In this document: positions 25,611-36,014 of the stretch, piece by piece | Layout of the letters: every line of letters begins with the position of its first letter | Position numbering within the stretch: position 1 is the first letter of the stretch | Source: Somniosus microcephalus | Taxonomy: Eukaryota | NCBI GenBank assembly: GCA_052327205.1 | Contig: CM126205.1 | Span: 184,264,001 to 184,328,000 of the forward strand | DNA length: 64,000 nucleotides | Direction: 5' to 3' | Notes under the pieces: model-generated | Seen by the model: the letters and a program-made list of their open reading frames with translations, nothing else | What the model was told of the DNA's origin: nothing | Databases searched by the model: none | Position numbers and translations under genes: made by a program

Positions 25611-26755
25611 AATGCATTCTATGAACTTGTCCTCCAGACTACCTTTGCCAATTTGATTTTCCCAGTCTATATGGAAATTAAAGTCCCCTATGATTATTGT
25701 ATTATCTTTGTTACAAGCTCCTGTTATCTGTTGATTAATACTCTGTCCAATGGTATAGCTATTGTTTGGGGGCCTATAAATTATTTCCACCAGTGTTTTC
25801 TGCCCCTTATTATTTCTTACCTCCACCCATACTGATTCTGCTTCCTGATCTTCCGAACCAAGATCCTTTCTCACGACTGACCTTATGTCATCCTTTATTA
25901 TTAGGGCTACCACCCCCACCCCTCCCCCTGCCTTTTCCATTCTGCCTGTCTTTTCTAAACATCAAGTACCCTGAAATATTTAGCTCCCAACCTTGGTCAC
26001 CTTGCAACCATGTCTCTATAATGACTGTAAGAAGTCACACAACACCAGGTTATAGTCCAACAGCTTTATTTGAAATCACAAGCTTTTGGAGCGCTGCTCC
26101 CACTTCACCTGAAGAAGGAGCAGCGCTCCGAAAGCTTGTGATTTCAAATAAAGCTGTTGGACTATAACCTGGTGTTGTGTGACTTCTTACATTTGTCCAC
26201 CCCAGTCCAACTCCGGCATCTCCACACCATGTCTATAATGACTATAATGACTATTAGATCCACGCCATTTATCTCTATTTGTGCCACTAATTCATCTATC
26301 TCATTACGAATTCTATGTGCATTCAGATAAAGAGCATTTAATTTTAACTTTTTACCATTTTTCGCTGCTTTGACCTTATTCGCTGATGCACTTTTACCGT
26401 GAAACTATCTGTCCCTTCCTGTCACACTCTACTTATCTTTACCCAAATCGCTGCACTGCTCCATTGCCTTGAATTTTCTCTTTAGATTTCTAAATTTCCC
26501 CTCTCCTGACTGCCCCCCACCCCCATTTTTAGTTTAAAGCCTATCTACAGCCCTAGTTATTCGACTCACCAGGACACTGGTCCCAGCCCGGTTTAAGTGG
26601 AGATGGTCTCAATGGAATAGCTCCTTTTCCCCCCTGTACTGGTGCCAGTGCCCCATGAATTGAAACCCCTTCCTCTCACACCACTCTTTGAGCCACACAT
26701 TTAACTCTCTGATCTGCTTGTCTCTGTGCCAATTTGCATATGGCTCAGGCAACAA
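25611..26755 (-). mobile_element. CR1 LINE 5' part (ORF1 end and endonuclease), inverted relative to 26760-28452
   Basis: ESVWVEVRNNKG..IYRPPN..IIIGDFNF; ORF1 esterase-like LNVWLKEWCERKGFQFMGHW. Confidence 0.85.
26026..26229 (+). mobile_element. Penelope-like element terminal fragment forming a hairpin, with minimal hammerhead ribozyme motif
   Basis: Inverted arms 26026-26100 and 26117-26191 (TGTAAGAAGTCACACAACACCAGGTTATAGTCC...). Core TCAC-CTGAAGA-A-GGAGC-AGC-GCTCC-GAAA-GCTT-GTGA at 26105-26141. Flanked by a CATGTCT(CT)ATAATGACT duplication. Confidence 0.75.
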
Positions 26756-26759
26756 TCCA

Positions 26760-28452
26760 GAATGCATACCAAAAATAGTGGGGAACCAAGGGGCTAATAA
26801 GAGTGAGGAACTTAAAGTAATTAATATCAGTAGAGAAAAATTACTAGAGAAACTAATGGGACTAAAAGCCAACAAATCCCTTGGACCTGATGGCCTACAT
26901 CCTAGGGTTCTAAAAGAGGTGGCTGCAAAGATAGTGGATGCATTGGTTGTGATCTTCCAAAATTCCCTAGATTCTAGAATGGTCCCAGTGGATTAGAAGG
27001 TAGCAAATATAACCCTGCTATTCAATGAAGCAGGGAGAGAGAAAACAGGGAACTACAGGCCAGTTAGCCTGACATCAGTCATCAGGAAAATGCTGGAATC
27101 CATTATTAAGGAAGTCTTAATGGGGCACTTAGAAAATCATAATATAATTAGGCAGAGTCATCATGGTTTTATGAAAGGGAAATCGTGTTTAACAAATTAA
27201 TTTTTTGAGGATGTAACTGGCAGGGTAGATAAAGGGGAACCAGTGGATGTAGTATATTTGGATTTCAAAAAGGCATTCGATAAGGTGCCACATAAAAGGT
27301 TGCTATGCAAGATAAGGGCTCATGGGGTTGGGGGTAATATATTAGAATGGATAGAGGATTGGTTAACAGACAGAAAACAGAGTAGGGATAAGCGGGTCAT
27401 TTTCAGGTTGGAAGGCTGTAACTAGTGGGGTGCCGCAAGGATCAGTGCTTGGACCTCAGCTATTTACAGTCTATATTAATGACTTCGATGAAGGGACCGA
27501 GCGTACTGTATCCAAGTTTGCTGATGATACCAAGCTAGGTGGGAAAGTAAGCTGTGATGAGGACACAAAGAGCCTACAAAGGGGTATGGAGCGGTTAAGT
27601 GAGTGGGCAATAAGGTGGCAGATGGGGTATAATGTGAGGAAATGTGAGATTAGTTACTTTGGTAGAAAGAATAGAAAAACAGAATATTTTTTAAATGGAG
27701 AGTAACTATTAAATGTTGGTGTTGAAAGGGATTTAGGTGTGGTCATACAGGAAACACAGAGAGTTAGCAGCAGGTACAGCCAGCAATAAGGAAGGCAAAT
27801 GGCATGTTGGCCTTTATTGCAAGGGGGTTGGAGTATAAGAGTAAGGAGGTCTTACTACAATTGTACAGGGCTTTGGTGAGACCACACCTGGAGTACTATG
27901 CACAGTTTTGGTCTCCTTATCTGAGAAAGGACATACATATCTTAGAGGCGGTGCAACAAAGGTTCACTCGATTGATCTCTGGGATGAGAGGTTGTCCTAT
28001 GAGGAGAGATTGAGTAGTTTGGGCCTATACTCTCTGGAGTTTACAAGAATGAGAGGTGATCTCATTGAAACATATAATATTCTGAGGGGGATTGACAGGG
28101 TAGATGCTGAGAGGTTGTTTCCCCTGGCTGGAGTATCTAGAACTAGGGGGGCATAGTCTCAGGATAAGGGGTCAGACTTTTAAGCCTGAGATGAGGAGGA
28201 ATTTCTTCACTCAGAGGGTTGTGAATCTTTGGAATTCTCTACCCCAAAGGGCTGTGGAAGCTGAGTCTTTGAGTATATTCAAGGCTGAGATAGATAGATT
28301 TTAGTATTCTAGGGGGATCAAGGGATATGGGGGCTGAGCGGGAAAGCGGAGTTGAGGTTGAAAGTCAGCCATGATCTTATTGAATGGCGGAGCAGGCTCG
28401 AGGGGCCATATGGCCAACTCCTGTTCCCAATTCTTATGTTCTTATGTTCTTA
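26760..28452 (+). mobile_element. CR1 LINE RT and 3' end
   Basis: GPDGLHPRVLKE, DVVYLDFKKAFDKVPH, PQGSVLGP, KFADDTK, RPHLEYYAQFWSP; tail TTCTTATGTTCTTATGTTCTT. Confidence 0.92.
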
Positions 28453-29149
28453 CCATTCACAAAGTATGGACTGAACCATTGCCAGATCCATTGACCAAAC
28501 CATTAACAGAGCCATTCACATAGTCTGGACAGAACATTTGACAGACATATTGACAGGTCTATGGTCAGAGCATGGAGGAGTCCCACTCCAACTTGTGTCA
28601 AGGCTCCACGCAGGACGTGGAGTGAGTGGTCCGCTCGATCTACATGACAGTGGCATCCACCATGGCGGTGCCCTTTCTGACAGCTCTCACTGCTGCTAAG
28701 GAAGCTCAGATGGCTGCCATTTTGGCTTTGGGGACCACTGTTGACAATGGCTTCCAGAGTGTCACGTCACTCCTGCACTCTGCTCTCACACAGAGCCGAA
28801 GTCCCAGGAGAGTGACCTTGGTGCCATGAGAGAGGCACCTGCTGTCCTCTCTCAGGAAAAGGGTATGCCTGCTCCCCCACCACCCACTCCACCTTGTTAG
28901 TGCTGCACACCTAGCTGGGCCAGCCTGCCTCGGCCCACACCGAGGTACTGTAGTCTGTAGCCGAGCCCTCAAGGGCCAGAACTGCTCGAGGATAAGCTTG
29001 GAGAGGGCATGGTGGGAGATGGGAGAGAAACTATAGCCAGATACAAGTTTAGGCCTAGAGCAAGGGGAAGCTTTGGCAGAAGCTTGGCTTGGTGGGCTAG
29101 GGGAAGGGAGGTAAGCGGCAGAGGCAGTTGAACAAAAGAAGTGCATGAG

Positions 29150-29700
29150 ATCCTTGCACTTGTTGTTGGAAGTGAGGGTGGAGGAGGCAGGGGAGGGGGT
29201 TTAATGAGATGGTTGGTAGTGGAGAAGAGAAGCCGGGGTTAGCTTTCCATTCCAGATGGTCCTGGAGAAGTGATCAGTTTTGGCAGAGGAGAGCAGGGCC
29301 CGATCGTGCTTGATGTAGTCCAGCTGGATTGGCGATGAATGGCTAAATCAGCTATGCACCATAAATGTTCAAATCTGCGTCCCTTGGACTTAAGGGAATG
29401 GAGAGAGAGGTCGTACCAATGGGAATGACCAGTGTGGGAGACAGTAAGGGTTTTATAAGGAAAAGGGGCATCTAAAGTGGAGGTAAGGGTGTGATTGAGC
29501 AGATCGGTAGCTCCAGTAATGTGGTGAATGGAGGGTCAAAGGCTAGACAGTTGGGAGTTTGAAATTACCGTTGTAAGTGACTTAAGCGAGATTTTTTTCC
29601 CAAGGCGAATGCAGAAGGAAATGGGGTTACAAGAGCAAAGCGGGATGAGTGATGAGGAATACAATGACCTGATCAGAGATGGCTTTGTCTGTGATTTGAG
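29150..29700 (-). mobile_element. Decayed L2-type LINE ORF2 fragment
   Basis: Minus strand reads ...PLVRPLSPFP*VQGTQI in one frame and SKGRRFEHLW in another, similar to the L2 linker region; heavily degraded. Confidence 0.45.
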
Positions 29701-29744
29701 GTTAACCTATTGGTTTGGGGGTTAATCTGTGAGTTTTGGGGTCA

Positions 29745-30186
29745 CTTTGTGATGTTGGGGTCAGTCTGTGGAGTTTAGGGTCAGTCTGTGAGTTTTAGGG
29801 TCAGTCTGTGGAGTTTAGGGTCAGTCTGTGGAGTTTAGGGTCAGTCTGTGGGTTTTAGGGTCAGGCTGTGGGTTTTAGGGTCAGGCTGTGGGTTTTAGGG
29901 TCAGGCTGTGGGTTTTAGGGTCAGGCTGTGGGTTTTAGGGTCAGTCTGTGGGTTTTAGGATCAGTCTGTGGGTTTTAGGGTCAGTCTGTGGGTTTTAGGG
30001 TCAGTCTGTGGGTTTTAGGGTCAGTCTGTGGGTTTTAGGGTCAGGCTGTGGGTTTTAGGATCAGTCTGTGGGTTTTAGGGTCAGTCTGTGGGTTTTAGGG
30101 TCAGTCTGTGGGTTTTAGGGTCAGTCTGTGGGTTTTAGGGTCAGTCTGTGGATTTTAGGATCAGTCTGTGGGTTTTAGGATCAGTC
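29745..30186 (+). repeat. 20-bp tandem repeat (TCAGTCTGTGGGTTTTAGGG)n, ~21 copies, telomere-like TTAGGG in most units
   Basis: Exact 20-bp periodicity, three units per 60-bp line. Confidence 0.95.
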
Positions 30187-30189
30187 TCC

Positions 30190-30365
30190 GTCACTCGGAG
30201 AGTTAAATCGTTCAATCAGACGGTATTTTGGGGAGAGGAGCTGACTGTGAGCCGGGGGAGGAGTCCCGTCCTTGGGGCAGACTTTAAATAGCGGAGGAGC
30301 GGAGGGTTTGGCCAGGCTGGGATTGGCTGACAGTCGCGGGGAAGTGCGGCTCGGTTCGGCTCCTG
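30190..30365 (+). promoter_or_regulatory. RAMP1 CpG-rich promoter / 5' UTR
   Basis: GC/CpG-rich; TATA-like TTTAAATA at 30283-30290; ATTGG (inverse CCAAT) near 30322; directly upstream of exon 1 ATG. Confidence 0.6.
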
Positions 30366-30408
30366 ATGGCTCCCTGGATCGGCCGGGTCCTCGGCCTGCT
30401 TCTGCTCG
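30366..30408 (+). CDS. RAMP1: Receptor activity-modifying protein 1, coding exon 1 (signal peptide)
   Basis: MAPWIGRVLGLLLL+G then canonical donor G|GTAAGT. Phase 1 joins exon 2 to give LLLLAHHL, as in human RAMP1 LLLAHHL. Confidence 0.85.
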
Positions 30409-30664
30409 GTAAGTCGCTGCCTCTGCGGCTCTGGCTGTCCCCGGTTCCCCTGTCTCTTGGAAAGGCTGCGAGCGGCGCCGTGCTGCTACGGGGCAGGCGA
30501 GGAGGGTCCGCGGCTGGGCACCAGTCCCGGCTGCTGAGGTTTCGGTGCCGATCTCTGCACTCCCCTACCTTCTGCTCCCCTGCTTTACAGGATGCCCGCT
30601 GCCCACCACTGTCGGCCAGTTAGTAAGAGAGGGAGTGAGGTGACGTTAGTGGGCAAGGGGACAC

Positions 30665-31675
30665 CGAGAGACCGAGTGAGTTACAGCACCGAGTGAGACA
30701 CAGGGTGAGGGACAGCACCGAGTGAGACACAGAGTGAGCGACAGCACCGAGTGAGACACAGAGTGAGTTACAGCACCGAGTGAGACACACAGTGAGGGAC
30801 AGCACCGAGTGAGACAGAGTGAGGGATAGCACCGAGTGAGACACAGAGTGAGGGACAGCACCGAGTGAGACACAGAGTGAGGGACAGCACCGAGTGAGAC
30901 ACAGAGTGAGGGACAGCACCGAGTGAGACACACACTGAGGGATAGCACCGAGTGAGACAGAGTGAGGGATAGCACCGAGTGAGACACAGAGTGAGGGACA
31001 GCACCGAGTGAGACACAGAGTGAGGGACAGCACCGAGTGAGACAGAGTGAGCGACAGTACCGAGTGAGACACAGAGTGAGTTACAGCACCGAGTGAGACA
31101 CAGAGTGAGCGACAGCACCGAGTGAGACACAGAGTGAGCGACAGCATCGAGTGAGACACAGAGTGAGTTACAGCACCGAGTGAGACACACAGTGAGGGAC
31201 AGCACCGAGTGAGACACAGAGTGAGACACACAGTGAGGGACAGCACCGAGTGAGACACAGAGTGAGTTACAGCACCGAGTGAGACACAGAGTGAGCGACA
31301 GCACCGAGTGAGACAGAGTGAGCGACAGCACCGAGTGAGACACACAGTGAGGGACAGCACCGAGTGAGAGACACAGTGAGGGACAGCACCGAGTGAGACA
31401 CAGAGTGAGGGACAGCACCGAGTGAGACACACAGTGAGTTACAGCACCGAGTGAGACAGTGAGTTACAGCACCGAGTGAGACACAGTGAGGGACAGCACC
31501 GAGTGAGACACAGTGAGGGACAGCACCGAGTGAGACACACAGTGAGTTACAGCACCGAGTGAGACAGTGAGTTACAGCACCGAGTGAGACACAGTGAGGG
31601 ACAGCACCGAGTGAGACACAGTGAGGGACAGCACCGAGTGAGACACAGGGACAGAGAGTGAGACACAGAGTGAGT
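30665..31675 (+). repeat. ~29-bp minisatellite (GAGTGAGACACAGAGTGAGGGACAGCACC)n in RAMP1 intron 1
   Basis: More than 30 visible units with GGGA/CGA/TTA variants. Confidence 0.95.
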
Positions 31676-32154
31676 GCCACACAGGCAGAGACTGAGACAC
31701 AGAGATAAGACAGTGGGCTACAGAGAGGCACTGATACTGAGTGACACACACACAGACAGACAGATACAAAGTGAGTGTACACAGTGGGACACAGAGATCG
31801 TCAGTCACGCACCCTGGGAGATACCGAGTGAAACAAGGGCTGTTTATGCTGCAAATAATTGCCCGATAGATTCCCACTCACTCCGCACAGTGGGTGGCAC
31901 TGGGTCTGCGCTTTAATATTGAAGATGCAGTAAAATTCTGACAATGACGGAAACTAACGATTTGGGTCAAATCGCTGGCGATCAGCTCCCGCTGCTGGGC
32001 GACCACTTTGTAAACTTCATGCAGACCCTGCACTGTGCATGGTTGGGATGCAGCGTATGAGTCCAGCAAGGACTGACCTGTGCGTCCCCTAACTCCTGTG
32101 ATAGTGGAGAGTGGAAGCACCGTTCCCACAGCTCTCACTTGCAGCTCACTTTCT

Positions 32155-33915
32155 TTTTATTCGCTTATGGGATCTGGGCGTCGCTGGCAAGGCCAGCATT
32201 TATTGCCCACCCCTTCTTGCCCTTGAGAAGGTGGTGGTGAGCCGCCTTCTTGAACCGCTGCCGTCCGTGTGGTGAAGGTAGTCCCACAGTGCTGCTAGGG
32301 AGTTCCAGGATTTTGACCCAGCAACGATGAAGGATCGGCGATATATTTCTAAGTCAGGATGGTGACTTGGAGGGAAACGTGGAGATGGTGGTGTTCCCAT
32401 GTGCCTGCTGCCTGTGTCCTTTTAGGTGGAACAGGTCGCAGGTTCGGGAGATGCTGCCGAAGAAGCCTTGGCGAGTTGCGGCAGTGCATCTTGTAGATGG
32501 TATTCACTGCAGTCACGGTACGCCAGTGGTGGAGGGAGTGAATGTTTAAGATGGCGGAGGGAGTGAATGTTTAAGGTGGCGGATGGGGTGAATGTTTAAG
32601 GTGGGGGGGTGAATGTTTAAGGTGGCGGAGGGGGTGAATGTTTAAGAAGGTGGGGGGGTGAATGTTTAAGGTGGTGGAGGGGGGGTGAATGTTTAAGGTG
32701 GTGGAGGGGGGGTGAATGTTTAAGATGGCGGAGGGAGTGAATGTTTAAGGTGGCGGATGGGGTGAATGTTTAAGGTGGCGGAGGGGGTGAATGTTTAAGG
32801 TGGCGGAGGGGGTGAATGTTTAAGGTGGCGGATGGGGTGAATGTTTAAGGTGGGGGGGTGAATTTAAGGTGGGGGGTGAATGTTTAAGGTGGGGGGGTGA
32901 ATGTTTAAGGTGGGGGGGTGAATGTTTAAGGTGGCGGAGGGGGGGTGAATGTTTAAGGTGGCGGAGGGGGGGTGAATGTTTAAGGTGGGGGGGTGAATGT
33001 TTAAGGTGGTGGAGGGGGGTGAATGTTTAAGGTGGGGGGTGAATGTTTAAGGTGGTGAGGGGGGGGTGAATGTTTAAGGTGGTGGAGGGAGTGAATGTTT
33101 AAGGTGGCGGAGGGGGGGTGAATGTTTAAGGTGGGGGGGTGAATGTTTAAGGTGGTGGAGGGAGTGAATGTTTAAGGTGGCGGAGGGGGGGTGAATGTTT
33201 AAGGTGGGGGGGGTGAATGTTTAAGGTGGGGGGGTGAATGTTTAAGGTGGTGGAGGGGGGGTGAATGTTTAAGGTGGCGGAGGGGGTGAATGTTTAAGGT
33301 GGTGGATGGGGTGAATGTTTAAGGTGGTGGAGGGGGGGTGAATGTTTAAGGTGGTGGAGGGGGGGTGAATGTTTAAGGTGGCGGAGGGGGTGAATGTTTA
33401 AGAAGGTGGGGGGGTGAATGTTTAAGGTGGCGGAGGGGGTGAATGTTTAAGGTGGCGAAGGGGGTGAATGTTTAAGAAGGTGGGGGGGTGAATGTTTAAG
33501 GTGGTGGAGGGGGGGTGAATGTTTAAGGTGGCGGATGGGGTGAATGTTTAAGGTGGTGGAGGGAGTGAATGTTTAAGGTGGCGGAGGGGGGGTGAATGTT
33601 TAAGGTGGGGGGGGTGAATGTTTAAGGTGGTGGAGGGAGTGAATGTTTAAGGTGGCGGAGGGGGGGTGAATGTTTAAGGTGGGGGGGGTGAATGTTTGAG
33701 GTGGTGGAGGGGGGGTGAATGTTTAAGGTGGCGGAGGGGGTGAATGTTTAAGGTGGTGGATGGGGTGAATGTTTAAGGTGGTGGAGGGGGGGTGAATGTT
33801 TAAGGTGGTGGAGGGGGGGTGAATGTTTAAGGTGGCGGAGGGGGGGTGAATGTTTAAGGTGGTGGAGGGGGGGCCAATCAAGTGGGCTGCTTTGTCCTGG
33901 ATGGTGTTGAGCATA
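32155..33915 (-). mobile_element. LINE family B 3' fragment carrying an internally amplified minisatellite
   Basis: Family B 3' end at about 32160; LNTIQDKAAHLIG at about 33870-33910; array in between. Confidence 0.88.
32528..33873 (+). repeat. G-rich minisatellite (GTGAATGTTTAAGGTGG[CT]GGAGGGGG)n, ~20-27-bp unit
   Basis: About 50 units; the unit is the reverse complement of LINE B sequence CCACCACCTTAAACATTCACTCCCT. Confidence 0.95.
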
Positions 33916-34864
33916 AATGTCTTGCACCAACAAACAGCCTCAAACACTTCACTTAAAGCTTTGTTTCCAAATCTTATTGGGTATATTTACCAATTGTGTT
34001 GGCTGGTACTAGTTTTTTCCCCCCTGTCCCCCCCCATTAACACCTGCTACAGAGCTTGCTTCAGAGAAATGAATGGATAAAGGGATGTTTCTCGCGTGTC
34101 GTTGAAGGAATTGTCTGTATTGTTCTTTGCTGAGCACATCTTCCTTTGTTCAGAGTGCTGATTTTGAAAGTAACCTTAAAACATGAAGCCAGGTAGTTAA
34201 CAGTCATTGGTGGGGCAATACATGGATTTGCCTCTTTCAGAGGTTGAGGTAAGTGAACAGTGGTCTGATTTAATGGGCAGTAAATGTGCAGTCTCTGGCA
34301 CTGGTTACATTGGCAATCTGCAGCTAAGCTGGAATGCTTTTGAATTTTGAATTTAGTTGGTGGAGATTAATTATTGATTAAAATACAGGAGCAATTTGTT
34401 CACTTAGAGTTAAATAATGATCTTTAGTTAATTAAATTTATGTAGACAGTGCCAATGCTGATCTGTATATAGTGACATACAGTAATATAAAACTATTTAA
34501 TTAAATACCAAACAGCTTCAAGATAATTTTAGACCCATATTTATACAGTTGAATAACACAGAATATGTTATGACCAAGGCTTGGAAATCATAGAATTCTA
34601 CAGCACAGAATGAGGCCATTCGGCCTGTCATGCCTGTGCTGGCCCTTTGAAAGAACTATCCAAATAGTCTCAAACCCCAGCTTTTCCCCCATAGCCCTGC
34701 AAATCAGACCTCTTTAATAAAATAGTTAGTCCCTGCTTGGGATCAATACTATTCTTGAGCCTCGTGTGTTTAACCCTTACACTGCCAGCAGATTCAGAGA
34801 AATTCCACTGATTTTGCTTGTTTGGAGCTCAGGAATTGACTGTGTAATGAAAATTGACAGTAGA

Positions 34865-35185
34865 GTTATAAAGATTAATAATATACACAACAATAATAAT
34901 ATAAACACTAATGGCACAATAATTTACACTAAGAATAAAATATTAAATGCTAATAGTATTAAACAATAAAGTAGAATATACAGTACACAGTAATGATCCT
35001 GTAATAAATTCCAATAAAAACCAGTAGTACAATAACATGCTATTGCTCCAAATGACACAAATAATACAAGAAACCCTAATGATACAATAATAAAAGCTAA
35101 TAATGCAAAAAACATTAATAGTGGTAACCACTAAAAACAATGGTAAACACTAATAGTACATTCATAAACACTAATATTACATAAA
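34865..35185. repeat. AT-rich low-complexity (AAT/TAA-rich) tract
   Basis: Degenerate AATAAT/TAATA repeats. Confidence 0.6.
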
Positions 35186-35199
35186 GTTCTGTACATGCT

Positions 35200-35720
35200 G
35201 AAACACAATTTGACACTGAGCCATATAAGGAGCTATTAGGGCAGATGACCAAAGGCTCGGTCAAAGAGGTAGGTTTTAAGGAAGGCCTTAAAGGAGGAAA
35301 GAGAAGTAGAGAGGTTTAGGGAGGGAGTTCCAGAGTTTAGGGCCTTGGCAGCTGAAGTCACGGCCCCCAATGGTGGAGCGATTAAAATCGGGGATGTGCA
35401 AGAAGCCGGAACTGGAGGAGTGCAGAGATTTTGGAAGGTTGTGGGGTTGGAGGAGGTTACAGAGATAAGGAGGGTTGAAGCCATGGAGAGATTTGAAAAC
35501 AAGATGCGAATTTTTAAATTGAGCCTTTGCCAGACTAGGAGCCAATGTAAGTCAGCAAGCACAGGGATGATGGGTGAACGGGACTTGCTGCAAGTTAGGA
35601 TACAGGAAGCAGAGTTTTGGATGAGCATAAGTTTATGTAGGCTGTAAGATGGGAGGCCGGCCAGATGTGTGTTGGAACAGTCAAGTCTAGAGGTGACAAA
35701 GGCATGGATGATGGTTTTTT
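35200..35720 (-). mobile_element. L2 LINE ORF2 C-terminal fragment
   Basis: LIQNSASCILTCSKSRSPIIPVLADLHWL; FKSLHGFNPPYL; GPKLWNSLP; FKAFLKTYLFDRAF. Confidence 0.85.
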
Positions 35721-36014
35721 GGGCGCTGTTTGAACTACTAAGGCCCCAATATGACGGGCAGGAAGTGACTGCACACTTCTAGCCAGACATGTGCCACCCG
35801 CCAGATTGGTTGCGGAGATTGCGATGTCAGGAGGAGCACCCGCCATAATGCTTCAGGAGGTTATGATGTCAGGAGTGCCCCGGCACAATGGAAGTAGCCA
35901 AATAATTAACGTGCTGCGTGTCTTTCATGAGGCCATTTAAATTTTTGTGTTCCCCAGTGTTTCACCCGCCACTTGCTGACCCCACTACTCCGCCCCTTTG
36001 TAATCCAGCCCCCT

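Noticed and set aside
28570-29000. Possible host exon or Harbinger accessory ORF (MVRSIYMTVASTMAVPF...)
   Set aside because: Short, no splice support, no diagnostic motif; cannot be assigned from sequence alone.
30409-30623. Continuation of the 85-aa ORF beyond exon 1
   Set aside because: Read-through past the GTAAGT donor into intron 1.
29745-33873. CRISPR-like repeat arrays
   Set aside because: Vertebrate DNA, no unique spacers and no cas genes; these are simple tandem repeats.
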